Below, piece by piece: positions 1-12,334 of a stretch of 64,000 bases of DNA (position 1 is its first letter; each line of letters begins with the position of its first letter). Source of the stretch: Octopus sinensis (Eukaryota). The stretch covers positions 27,652,001-27,716,000 of the forward strand of contig NC_043003.1 in assembly GCF_006345805.1 (NCBI RefSeq), in the 5' to 3' direction. The notes below the pieces were generated by a model that saw only the letters and a program-made list of their open reading frames with translations, was not told the origin of the DNA and did no database searches. The translations under genes were made by a program, and so were the position numbers.

Positions 1-38
<38 letters not shown>

Positions 39-94
39 TTTTGCAGATATATACATCATAGTTTCACTTTCAGTATTAAAGTGAAAATAACTGA

Positions 95-287
95 CATTAC
101 AATAAAGAGATATTATTTGACTTTTGACACATAATGCTGAAATAGTGGAGGAGATATGATATTGCTCTGGGCTTGCACTAGACCCTAAGTAAGGCATATG
201 TAAAATTTGAATGAAATTGCTTGTGTAGTTCTTAAGTTTTAGGGATTCACACAGACAGACACACATTCTCATCTTTATATATATAGA
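95..287 (-). mobile_element. Non-autonomous Helitron-like 5' fragment
   Basis: Minus strand starts A|TCTATATATATAAAGATGAGAATGTGTGTCTGTCTGTG, the same style of 5' end as the complete Helitron at 50485; no 3' hairpin/CTAG seen, inner boundary approximate. Confidence 0.45.
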
Positions 288-1239
288 TATACACACACAT
301 ACATGTATATTTGACATATATTTCATCTGCTCAAACAGGAACATATAAACACTTTCTATTGGCTGTTATTTTAATATCAACTGATGAAATGGGATTTATG
401 TAATGTTATCTAATATATTATGAAATGGACTTCATATTCGGTAATAAACCACGCTATTGAAACAAGTATATTGTGATGCTTTGAACTGTCCATTCATTTT
501 TGTTTACACACATGTGATGGCAGTATGTGTGTGTCTTCTTTATTTTCAAGACAACAGAAGTTTGAGTAAGATTCAGTTGTTAGCTGAGCAGGTTGAGCGA
601 TAAGTGTGTAACAGCTTCTTTGCTGGCTGATGACAGGGCTGATGATGATGATGGTGGTGGTAGTGGTTGTAGTGATGGTAGTATTATGGCAGTTATGAGT
701 GACAGTAAAAGGCAATATTGCCAAGAATTATGATGATAACGACATATATACTTGTAATGGCATATTTGATAAGTGATGACAAATAAGGCTGTGATGATAA
801 TGTTTATATTTTTCTTGATGGCAGCAATAATGATGATGGTGGTGGTAGAGGCAATGATGAAGTGGTAGTGGTTGGGAAGGACAATGGAAATGACGATAAG
901 GAGGAAAATTAAGTTGATGAAAATGATCACTTTGACGACAATGAAGATAAGTTGATGAAGACGATAACAACAATAATGATTATGATTGACAGGATGATGA
1001 TGATGATTATGATGATGATGATTATGATGATGATTAAGTAAAATGACAACAGCATCTTTGTTTATTATATTTGGCTTCAGTTACATTTAGAATTTTTAAC
1101 AACAAACTGATTGTTTTCTCAAATTTCATCTGCTCAAACAGGAACATATAAACACTTTCTATTGGCTGTTATTTTAATATCAACTCAAGATATATATGCA
1201 CACGCATACACACACACACACACATACACACACACATAC

Positions 1240-1440
1240 ATTTCTTTTCCAGTTCCAGGCTGAGTACTCCGGCTATGCTGGGGCACTGCCATTTGCGTTG
1301 ATACACTTTCACTAAACCTCCTCTGATATATGACATTTGGTGGATGAGGGAGTTCGACATTGCTGCCCTCATCTGTGTTTCTTGCCTTGAGGTAGGTTAA
1401 TCCGGAACTCTTGACAGATGGAGATCCATTTTTGTTTTGA
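1240..1440 (-). mobile_element. CR1-clade LINE 3' end remnant
   Basis: Minus translation QMRAAMSNSLIHQMS matches the end of the CR1 remnant at 21620-22110 (QMRAVASNSLMHQMS), followed by a similar 3' tail GGCAGTGCCCCAGCAT. Confidence 0.7.
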
Positions 1441-1449
1441 AAACATCCA

Positions 1450-1720
1450 CACACACACATCATCATCATCATCATTGTTGTTGTTTAATGTCTGCTTTTC
1501 ATGCTGGCAAGCCAGAAGGCTGCACCAGGTTCCAATCTAATCTGGCAAGGTTTCTACAGCTGGATGCCATTCCTAACGCCAACCACTCAGAGTATAGTAG
1601 ATGCTTTTTATGTGCCACTAGCATGGGAGCCAGTCAGGCAGCACTGGCATCGATCACATTCGAATGGTGCTTTTTACGTGCCACTGGCAAGGGGGCCAGT
1701 CAGGCAGCACTGGCATCATA
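1450..1720 (-). mobile_element. Family C retroposon with (GAT)n tail
   Basis: Reverse complement of GTTGGCGTTAGGAAGGGCATCCAGCTGTAGAAA...CATG...(GAT)n; many copies in the window. Confidence 0.75.
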
Positions 1721-1844
1721 TACGCACACACACACGCATAATTATATGTATACATATAGACACAAATATATGATTATAATTATTTTGACATTTCATTCTT
1801 TGATTCAAAGATTTGTTTTAACCATATTGGTTTCTTTTTCAACT

Positions 1845-2101
1845 TCTGTGCAGGTGGCACGTAAAAAACACCATTTGAGCATGGCCGTTGCCAGTACCAC
1901 CTGACTGGCCCTCGTGCCGGTAGCACGTAAAAGCACACACTACACTCTCGGAGTGGTTGGCGTTAGGAAGGGCATCCAACTGTAGAAACTCTGCCAGATC
2001 AGATTGGAGCCTGGTGCAGCCATCTAGTTCGCCAGTCCTCAGTGAAATCATCTCATCCATGCTAGCATGGAAAGCGGATCTTAAACGATGATGATGATGA
2101 T
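1845..2101 (+). mobile_element. Family C retroposon with (GAT)n tail
   Basis: GTGGCACGTAAAA units, GGTTGGCGTTAGGAAGGGCATCC core, ends CATGCTAGCATGGAAAGCGGATCTTAAAC(GAT)n. Confidence 0.8.
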
Positions 2102-2681
2102 AGACTCCAGCAATGACATCAGATGACAATGACGTGATGACAATAATGGCGTGAATGCAGATGCTAATTTATGTGGCTGTTGATGATGACAATGACAACT
2201 ATGTTAATGGCATTGGGTGGCCAGCAGCGTTGGGTGGTAGCAATATGATTGTGTGCAGAGTGATTGGTGTTAGGAAGGGCATCCAGTCGTAAAACCATGC
2301 CAAAACAGACACAGAAGCATGGTGCAGGCTTTTGCCTGGCCAGCTCCAGTCAAATCATTCAACTCATGCCTACATGGAAGGAGGACGTTAAACGATGATG
2401 ATGATGATACTGGTAACAGAATTGGTAAAGAATATAGTACTTAGCCCTTTAAACCAGCCATATCCAACCAAAATAATCTATGTTTTATCTTCAAATCTCT
2501 TAGATCTGGCCTCTTATGCTTACCCTACAACATTATTCTAAAACTAAACAATCACATCATTGAAATCTCAAAGCCACAAAGTAATGCATGACTAATTCAA
2601 ATCAATGTGAATAAATAAACTTTACATTTGACAGAGAAATCTGAATACTAAAGGATTAAAACAAAATAATAAAGAAGAAAA

Positions 2682-3088
2682 AGTGTGGCTGAGTAGTAAG
2701 AAGCTTGCTTCCCAACCACATGGTTCTGGGTTCAGTCCCACTGTGTGGCACCTTGGGCACTCTTCTACTATAGCCTCGGGCAGACCAAAGCCTTATGAGC
2801 GGATTTGGTAGACGGAAACTGAAAAGAAGTCCATTGTGTGTGTGTATGTGCCTGAGTGTGTGTGTGTGTGTGTGTGTATGTATGTGTCTGTTTGTCCTCA
2901 TCCACCATTGCTCGACAACTGATCTTGGTGTGTTTATGTCCCTGTAACTTAGTGGTTCGGCATAAGTGACTAATAAAATAAGCACTAGGTTTACAAAGAA
3001 TAAGTCCTGGGGTCAATTTCTTTGACTAAAAGCTGATGCTCCAGTATGGCCGCAGTTAAATGACTGAAACAAGCAAAAGAGTGAAAGA
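2682..3088 (+). mobile_element. tRNA-derived SINE, family A
   Basis: tRNA-like head (GTGGCTGAGTAGTAAG...GGGTTCAGTCCCAC), CCTTGGGCA body, internal (GT)n, tail CTCCAGTATGGCCGCAGTTAAATGACTGAAACAAG; ends about 20 nt from the exon donor. Confidence 0.8.
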
Positions 3089-3109
3089 ATAACCACATAA
3101 AGATCTTAC

Positions 3110-3763
3110 CTGAGAGACGAAAGAAATGTCTGAGAATTTCCGCTCAAGCATCACTCTCTTTTGGTCCAAATTGATGAGAGAAATCTCCTCTTTGCCTAGA
3201 CGGAACAACATTGTCCGGTTTACAATATCTGTGACAAGGTTCTGCGGTAAACTGTCCTCTTGGTTACCTTCTTTTTCTACAAACGAGGAATAAGCGTAAC
3301 TCTGGTGCGAGTTACTTTTCATCTCATTTGACGATTCTTCGATGTTCTCGAAAGAGCTACATGGTGAGTCGATGGCAGCACGGAAGTCGCTGCTGCTTCC
3401 ATTCAACTTCACACCATGAAGCTGCTGCTGTTGTTGCTCCAGTTCGTTTTCAGTGACTGTCACAGTATTGTCAAGTGACGCAGGAAGACTTCGTACACTG
3501 GCATCACTGGCATGTCTCTGCCGGCTGTCGACGTTGACGGTGCCGTCTTCATCTACAGGGCACAGCCTGTGCATAAGTCTGTCTATATCACTCGAGGTCA
3601 GCTTGCAGCTGTCCACTTGCACCTTGCCAAGATACAAGACCTCACAGAATGCCTTTGCCGGTTCTGCGGAATCACTGACATCATGGAAAAATAGATTGCT
3701 GTCAGTGACATCATCCCGGTGCTCCTTTGTGGCTTTGCGTATTGAAGCAAAGAGTTCAGGAAT
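3110..3763 (-). CDS. TBC1D1: Internal exon (654 nt, 218 codons, phase 0/0) of a TBC1D1/TBC1D4 (AS160)-like Rab-GAP encoding the split second PTB domain
   Basis: IPELFASIRKATK, FCEVLYLGKVQV and NRTMLFRLGKEEISLINLDQKRVMLERKFSDISFVSQ match human TBC1D1 as recalled ([61 protein letters not shown]). Acceptor atttctctctctttcAG|ATT, donor CAG|GTAAGA. Probably a single invertebrate co-orthologue of TBC1D1 and TBC1D4. Confidence 0.93.
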
Positions 3764-3780
3764 CTGAAAGAGAGAGAAAT

Positions 3781-3814
3781 AATAATAATAATAATAATGA
3801 TAATAATAATGATG

Positions 3815-3860
<46 letters not shown>

Positions 3861-3876
3861 CAACAACAACAACAAC

Positions 3877-3915
<39 letters not shown>

Positions 3916-3922
3916 GTAATAA
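3781..3922. repeat. Compound (AAT)n-(AAC)n microsatellite just upstream of the exon acceptor
   Basis: Seen directly; produces the poly-L/C/Y N-terminus of ORF 3056..3928. Confidence 0.95.
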
Positions 3923-4275
3923 TAACAAGAAAAAATAATCCTTTCCACTATAGGCACAAAGCCTGAAATTTTTTAGGGGTGAAGGCTAGTTGATTACATT
4001 TGACCCTAATGCTCAACTGGTACTTATTTCATCAAACCCAAAAGGGTGGTAAAACCGACCTCGGCGAATACTTGGGTCAGTGTAATTGACTTGCCCCCTC
4101 CTCCAAAATTTCAGGCTTTGTGCCTAGAGTAGAAAAGATTATTATTGTTATTTTCTATTATAGGCACAAGGCCTGAAATTTTAGATGCTGGGATAAGTCA
4201 ATTATATCAACCCAAGTATAACAGACATTTGCCTAAGGTATCATACAGTGGAATTAAAACCCCAAACCGTGTGTA

Positions 4276-4313
<38 letters not shown>

Positions 4314-5164
4314 AATGTATGTGTATGTCTGTGCACTTGTTTACATTTTGCTTATCTGAAAATGACAACTACAGGTAATGACATTGCTGTCATTTCCTTG
4401 GCTTTACCTCTTCATAAACTTGTGAAATGAATTATCCTTTACTTGAAAAATAGTTAAGGGTAAGTATCGGGAAGAACATCCAGCTGTCAAACTAAAACAC
4501 TGCCTCAATGATACATATTTCTCTAACCCATGCTAGTATGCAAAAAACAAAAAAAAAAACAAAAACAAAAAAAACAGATGTAAACACGAAGAATAAATAA
4601 ATAAGAAATGATAGGACTTGATATAAAGGCGATTAAGTTGCTGTTTATAATACATCAAGTCAAGTAACTATGGAGATGCTCCATCACTGATTCCTCATCA
4701 ACTCTGTGCATTTGTGGCTTAATTCCTTATCTTTATAGAAATGGTTGTGTATCATTCCAGTTAAACCCATTTACAAATGGAATGACAAATTCTTTAGCTG
4801 TCGTCTTGCTTTTAATACAAAAAAACTAAGTCTGCATAATTCCTAAGCTTTTCATCTCAAGTCTGCTTGACATTAAAGCCATCTGGTAGTGCTATGTCAA
4901 TTAATAGTGAGCTGCTATTGGTTTTGTCATGAAAAACACTGTCTGGCTTCTTATGTCTTATTTTGATTGTGTGCTGTCATGATGCAACTGTGAACAGTCA
5001 TGTGCTATGGTCACAGATACAGCTATGTGTTAAAGAGTTTGCTTTGCAATTATAAGGTTCTGCATTCAGTCCCATTGCATGGCACCTTAGACAAGTGTCT
5101 TCTATGATAGCTCCAAGCCAATCAAAGCCTTCTGAGTGGATTTGGTAGATAGAAACTGCAACAC

Positions 5165-5575
5165 CCGGCGAGCTGGCAGAAACGTTAGCACGCCAGGCGA
5201 AATGCTTCACGGTATTTTGTCTGCTGCTACGTTCTGAGTTCAAATTCCGCCGAGGTCGACTTTGCCTTTCATCCTTTCGGGGTCGATTAAATAAGTACCA
5301 GTTACGCACTGAGGTCGATATAATTGATTTAATCCATTTGTCAGTCCTTGATTGTCCTCTCAGTGTTTAGCCCCTTGAGGGTAATAAAGAAATAGGTATT
5401 TCGTCTGCCGCTACGTTCTGAGTTCAAATTCCACCGAGGTTGACTTTCATCCTTTCAGGGTTGATTAAATAAGTACCAGTTACGCACTGGAGTCGATATA
5501 ATTGACTTAATCCGTTTGTCTGTCCTTGTTTGTCCCCTCTGTGTGTAGACTCTTGTGGGCAGTAAAGAAATAAGA
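5165..5575 (+). mobile_element. tRNA-derived SINE family B (Nin/Deu-like domain); one full copy plus a head-less tandem second copy
   Basis: Head GGCGAGCTGGCAGAAACGTTAGC...GAGTTCAAATTCC, domain GCCTTTCATCCTTTCGGGGTCGATTAAATAAGTACCAG, tail GTAATAAAGAAATA; repeats from about 5395. Confidence 0.75.
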
Positions 5576-6981
5576 AATTGAAACAACCAGTTGTATATAA
5601 TGTGTGTGTGTGTGATTTTGTGACTCCTTATCTTGACATGGAAACAAATGGAAACAAAATGTCATCATCACAGTATGTGGCAGAAAACACTGCCATATTT
5701 TATACAGCCATTGTCATGTTATCAGTGAAGTAACAGTTGTTTTATGTAACATTTTTTCCCATGGATTGGAACCAGTCAGTATGCATTGTACATCTGCTGC
5801 CGAAACATTTATCAAGAATTATGAATTTGGCATGCTTTTCTTTTTGGAGGTGGGAGTGCCACTCACTTTACAAACAGTGACGTATACTTGCAAACTCACA
5901 AGAAAAATATGTCCAGATTAGATAGAATTACATTGCTTGGTTAACAGGTGTGGGTTGGTGACATGATGAACATCTGGTAGTAGAAATCTACTTCAAGAAA
6001 CTGTCTGACCCATGCAGGCATGGGAAAATAGACATTAAAACAATGACATTGATGATGGATTTTTGCACTGTTTCCTCCCATCTGCCAATTTCACCAACAA
6101 GTTATAGTGAATAAAATCAGGTAATAGAAATTGGGCAAAAACCCACAATAAAAAATTTCTAGCTACTGATGTCCAACTTCTTAAATATATATCTTAGACT
6201 ACTAATGTTTTCATATGCCCTCCTGTTTTAAGATAGTAGTGTGTGATTCAAAGGAGATTTGGTAGTTATTTCTAGCAAAGTGACCACTAATATTTTCGTA
6301 TACCCCGCTGTTTTTAAGATAGTAGTATGTGATTTAAAGGAGGTTTGGTAGTTATTTCCAGCAAAATAAAGTGACCACACAGAAGCTCCTTTATTGGCTC
6401 GACTGTTGTGTATTACTGCTATGAGCAGACAGCTCTCCTTCAGAATTTCTCCAGACATTGCAACTTTTAAAACCAGATTGACCTTAAACAGTATGTTTCA
6501 CCTCCATAACACATAACAAAACTAATATCAGTAAATATCCATTATGTTGAAAGAGAGCTGAAGGAGATATTTTGGTATCACAAAAGAAATTTTCAGTAAG
6601 GCAATTACCAATATTGCAGATAACCATTCAAAGTCATACACACCAAAAAGAAAGAAAAAGCGTCATGTAGAGGAATTTGATCAGATAACAAGCAATAAAT
6701 CTATTAACAGAGCAGCAATGAAACCAGAAAAAATCTGGTGACTATAATCACAAAGAATTACAAAGATATGGTGTTGAAGATATGGTCTTTCTTACTGCAG
6801 GACAAAACTTACATGAGATAGTGGGTTGTTCTAATTATTAATAATAATAATAATGATAAGAACAAAAAAAAAACCCAAAAACTCTTGCATAGTTGAAAAG
6901 AATCCAACTTGAGTAGAAAAGCAGAAGATTTACTACACAGTAGCAGAGTTATTATGGAGCAACTAGAGATAAAATACACAA

Positions 6982-7046
<65 letters not shown>

Positions 7047-7240
7047 TGACATCTACAGGCCTTCTAATGTGAGAGATGACTACTCTGTGACCAGTTTCAT
7101 TAAACATAAATATCTATATCTTTTCAGGTTTGTTTTCCAATATTAGCTCCCCCAAGATATACATGGAAGCAAGGTAAAAAAACAAAACAAAAACAAATAC
7201 TTTATATATATATATATATATATACTACACACACACACAC

Positions 7241-7924
7241 ACACAAATAATACACACATAAATTTTTCAATGAGAATATACTGCCATAACTGAAAAATTT
7301 TCCCATAAGAGAAAATTGAATTAGAAATGCAATTTCTAAAAAATAAAACTAACTAACTAAATAAATAAATAAATGAATAAAATATTATTAAAAATGGCAA
7401 TGGAACATTTAGAAATAAAACTGTTTTGCCTTGTAAACAAAGAAATGAAATACTTTTGAAAGAGAAAAATATAAGCAAAAACAGAAATACAAATTTATAA
7501 TAATAGAGACAGATATCCACAAATACACACCATGTGACATAACACATGTAACAATACAAACGTACACACACACACCACACACACACAAATAATACACACA
7601 TAAATTTTTCAATGAGAATATACTGCCATAACTGAAAAATTTTCCCATAAGAGAAAATTGAATTAGAAATGCAATTTCTAAAAAATAAAACTAACTAACT
7701 AAATAAATAAATAAATGAATAAAATATTATTAAAAATGGCAATGGAACATTTAGAAATAAAACTGTTTTGCCTTGTAAACAAAGAAATGAAATACTTTTG
7801 AAAGAGAAAAATATAAGCAAAAACAGAAATACAAATTTATAATAATAGAGACAGATATCCACAAATACACACCATGTGACATAACACATGTAACAATACA
7901 AACGTACACACACACACACACACA
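7241..7924. repeat. 342-bp tandem duplication bounded by (CA)n
   Basis: 7241-7582 and 7583-7924 appear identical; ORFs 7353 and 7695 are offset by exactly 342. Confidence 0.95.
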
Positions 7925-8665
7925 CACACACTTGCCATAAGATTCACATCAATAATAATGGTTTCAAGTTTTGGCCAAAGACCAATAATTTTAGTGGGGG
8001 AACATTAGTTGATTAGATCGACCCCAGTACTTGACTGGTACTTTATTTTATTGCCCCTGGAAGGATAAAAGGCAAAGTTGAGCTTGGTGGGATTTGAACT
8101 CAGAATGTAAAGAATGAAGAGAAATACTGCTACGCATTTTGTCTGACGTTGCTAATGATTCTGCCAGCTCAGTACTTTAATGGTCATCATCATAATTGTT
8201 TCAAATTTCCACTTAAGGCCAGTAGTTTTAGAAGGGTGGGTTTGGTTGGTTACATTAGCCCCAGTACTTAACTGGTACTTCATGTTATTGACCTTGAAAA
8301 GATGAAAGTTGACCCAGATGGGATTTTAACTCAATGTAAGCAGATGGAAAAAATGCCATTAAGCATTTTCCACAACTTGCTGACAATGCCAGGGCCTCGC
8401 CTAAACAATGATGATAATAATAATAATAATAATGATAATAATCCTTTCTACTAAAGGCACAAGACTTGAAATTATATATACACACACACACACCCAGACA
8501 TGCGCACAGACATGCACACACACACACACAAGTAAGGACATAGATGCAATACAAGATGGGAAAAATAGTACTTGAATACTAAAGGTAGAGTGACATACTA
8601 TTTATTAAGGCTGAAAAAACCCATCACAAACTGTTAGAGTTTCACATTACCATTGCAATTATCGC

Positions 8666-8708
8666 AACTGTGTGATGAATGGTCATATGAAACACTAGAG
8701 TAACAGTT
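8666..8708 (+). ncRNA. Degenerate minimal hammerhead-like motif (C3G) in a repeat related to 53570-53713
   Basis: AACTGT-GTGATGA-ATGGTCATAT-GAA-ACACTAGAGT-A-ACAGTT: perfect 6-bp stem I, near-palindromic stem III. Confidence 0.45.
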
Positions 8709-8771
8709 TGTGAAGATTTTTTTGGATTTTAATAAATAGTATACATATATACATACATATTTATATACAAG

Positions 8772-8811
<40 letters not shown>

Positions 8812-8894
8812 CTTGTATATAAATATGTATGTATATATGTATACTATTTATTAAAATCCAAAAAAATCTTCACAAACTGTTACTCTAGTGTTTC

Positions 8895-8898
<4 letters not shown>
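8685..8898. repeat. 214-bp near-perfect palindrome centred on (TA)n
   Basis: ATATGAAACACTAGAGTAACAGTTTGTGAAG... mirrored by ...CTTCACAAACTGTTACTCTAGTGTTTCATAT; one 1-nt indel seen. Confidence 0.95.
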
Positions 8899-8927
<29 letters not shown>

Positions 8928-10779
8928 ATATACATACATACATGTATCGGAAGGGGATAGGGTTTTATAAAATCCGAGCTAAGAGAATATATAAGAAGGA
9001 AAATGAGAATTTAGTTAATCCAAAGAGATGTTCCATACAAAATGTATGTACAGGTAAATATATACACACATGTGCAAACATATAAAATGCATATATTTAT
9101 GCACATAGATACACATACACTCAGCTATGCATACACACACACACACACACACATATAGATTGTATTTTGGAATCCCAGAACAAATTCCTTGTCAAGTGTT
9201 ATTAGAAAGCTTACTGTGAAAATAGAGCCTGCGTACCATATGTAATTTTGTTGGTTTTCGTTTTTTTAACATAATTTAAATCTATTATCGTTACAGGTGT
9301 AATAATGTCTGGTCTTTAGACACTGATCTTAAGAGTATTGTTTTCCACTCTTGGAGATGGTTTTCTTCAATTCTGGTTTAGTAATACAATCCATGATTTT
9401 GTGGATGCTACTCTTATCTTGCATTGTTTCCTGTTTGCAGACAAATGATCCAGAAAAGAATGTATCCTGTTGCAAACTATGTCAGTATCCAGGCTGCAGA
9501 TAGGTGAAAATTTTGACACCAAATATTTAATGATGAAGTGCAGGTAACAGCTCCCGTGTGTTTTTTGATGGCTAATATGTATCTTCCATGCTGTAATCGC
9601 TTTAGTTTCAACGCATGGTCTTAGATCAAATCACTTGCTATATAAATACAATTTTGAAATGTATGTATATACAAACATGTGTATTTGTCTTCTTGTCTAG
9701 GCATCACGTTACAACCTCAACTTTTCCATCAAGCTCACAATGGTCATTTGGAATTTGCACATATATATATAGTGTGTGTGTGTGAATTTTCTTTGTAAAG
9801 AGTTTGAAGAACTTTGGCTAAAATTCTAAGCCTTTTTGGAATGCAATAAAATTCAAATATATAGATTGAATTCTTACAGGATGCACAACAACAAACCACA
9901 TTTGAGTATCTATATGACATAACAAATCCGTAACCAGTTTGCCTTAAGTAGGGATGGAGAACTGTGCAAACAGATGAATATCTAAAGTGAGAAATATTGA
10001 GAGGGAGAGAAAGGAGCAATATTTTTATAAACTCAAAATTACCATATAAAACAATACAATAATTACAGCTCGGAACATGCAGAAGCACACAGACGTGATG
10101 ATAAGAGGGAAATCACCTTGACATGTCTATCAAGGTGAACCACTTATAAAGCCAGCTTATGAAATGCTGTGACATGTACAGCCGGCATATCAGTGAAAAG
10201 AAATAGACCGACCAGAAACACATCCGGCCCGAATGGTTTTAGAGCAATGACAGGTATGTTTAATTTTTTTATCTTTTACTTGTTTTAATCATTGGACTGT
10301 GCCCATGCTGGGGCACTGCCTTGAAGTGCTTTAGTCAAACAAATCAACCCTGATACTTATTCTTTTAAGCCTGGTACTTATTCTATCAGCCTCTTTTTGC
10401 CAAACCACTAAGTTAGGTAGATGTGAAAAAAAAAAACTCGTCAAGTAGTGGAAATGGACAAAGAAAAAGGCACACACATTTATGATAAGTTTCTTTCAGT
10501 TTCCATTAACCAAATCCACTCACAAGCATTTGGTCGACTCAGGGCTATAATAGAAAACACTTTCCCAAGGTGCCATGCAGTGAGATTGAACCCAGAACCA
10601 TAACATCTTACCACAGCCGCCCCTGCACCTATAAATAAAATTCCTTAATTAATCCATGTTTGTTTTGTTTTGTTTTTTCTTACTTGCAGTGTCTGGAGGA
10701 AGAGACAGTGCTTAAGGCTTTCATGGGCCCTCTGATGCTGATGACACTGATGCTGCTAATGTTTCTCTTGAACCATTAT

Positions 10780-11410
10780 AAGTCAACACTTATGGAAAAG
10801 ATACATGAATTTGGTTTACATGCCTATCCTCACCTGTGCCCATAAATGTCAGGTAACAACTGAAACAGTGTGACTGCAAATACAAGCAGCCAAGATGGGA
10901 TTTTTCCAAAAGATCTCTGGAGTAACATTACACAAGGTGCATACCTTGGAGATTAGAGAGTCTCCCCAGGTCGAGCCACTACTTTGCACTGAGATGTCAC
11001 AGCTCCACATTTTTTGATACACATAAGTATACAGCATCATCAATATTTAACATCTGTTTTCCATGCTGGCATGGGTTGGACAGCTTGATAGGAACTGACC
11101 AGGGACTGTACCAGGTCCCAAAGTCCATTTTGGCTTAGTTTCTATGGCTGGATTCCCTTCCAAATGGCAACCACTTCACAGAATGTACTGGGTGCTTTTT
11201 ACACAGCACCATCACCAGTACTTATTATGTGGCACCAGTGCTTTTTACATGGCACCTTAGTTTTAGGATCTCACATATATTTAAAAACTCGTCTATGGAC
11301 ATGTGATTAGAATGTTGCAGGAAAGAATTGGAAGATGGTTTCTTCAAGATGAGGTAACGGGAAGGAGACTTAAGGGTAGACCAAGAACAAGACAGTTGGA
11401 TAATATCTAT
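10780..11410 (+). mobile_element. Degenerate RTE-clade LINE RT C-terminus, split by a SINE-like insertion at about 11035-11280
   Basis: VYMPILTCAHKCQVTTETV*LQIQAAKMGFFQKISGVTLHKVHTLEIRESPQVEPLL, then YGHVIRMLQERIGRWFLQDEVTGRRLKGRPRTRQLDNI; typical RTE motifs (PILTYG, QAAEMGFLRRI, GHVxRM, GRPR). Confidence 0.8.
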
Positions 11411-12334
11411 AGTTTTAGTCAATCACATCTGGGAATCTAGCTGGAAAATGTAATACAACATATCAAATTCAGGTTATTTCTAAACATAACACTGATTACA
11501 ACTTGATTTTATTTTTGTTTTCAAGTCTGTATTATTAGACATGAAAACAAAACTCAACCTGATTACAGCTTGATAGTGCAAGAACAGAATTATCACGAAG
11601 AAAATTGACTATGTTGGTGGATGGATGGCAATTATCTGGGATACCCCAAATATATGCCCCTAATAGATAGCTAGATACAAAAATACATACATACATATAT
11701 TAATGTTTGTTTTTATGTGCAGTTGTATAAAAACAGTTTATGATTAAACTGAAGGATTACTCAATATTTATTAGTAGAGTATGTATTTATAAATGTTCAC
11801 AGGGAAAATGTTGACAGTGACTTCGAAGTTTTGGATTGCTTGCTGTTATCAATTTGATGATGCTGAACAATCTAAAACTTCAAAGCCACTATCAACCGTT
11901 TCCTAGTGGCCAGGGTGCTGCATTCACGATTGTGAGGTCATGCTTTCAATTCCTGGACTGGGTTGTACATTGTGTTCTTAAGCAAGACACTTCATCTTAT
12001 GTTGCACTGTGATCACTTCGACACCTGATGTGAGGCACACTTGTGCACTTGTACAAACATCAATTTGACGGAGGGAGTGAACTAATGTACAGCAGAAACA
12101 TTTGATCTCTATAAACAAGTCATCTGTGCAGGTCATTCAGCAAAAACTGAACACTCGTATCATCTTTAACAGGATATCATCATTTAATGTCAGTTTTCCA
12201 TGCTGGCATGGGTTGGATGGTTTGACAGGAGCTGACCAGCTGAAGGGGTGTTCAGGCTCCTTGTCTTTTAGCATGGCTTCTATAGCTAGATGCCATTCCT
12301 AACTCCAACCACTTTACAGAGTGTATGTATGTAT

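Noticed and set aside
381-400. CTGATGA hammerhead-like core
   Set aside because: No stem II, GAAA or stem I closure at suitable spacing; the same applies to CTGATGA at about 25457, 50577, 56225 and 56826
3764-3928. N-terminal poly-L/C/Y part of ORF 3056..3928
   Set aside because: It is the intronic (AAT)/(AAC) microsatellite upstream of the acceptor at 3763/3764
7128-7173. Plus-strand 46-nt micro-exon-like AG...GT pair
   Set aside because: No partner exons or recognisable protein; expected by chance in AT-rich DNA
10660-10845. ORF with an acceptor-like TTGCAG
   Set aside because: Overlaps a degenerate RTE LINE remnant read in another frame
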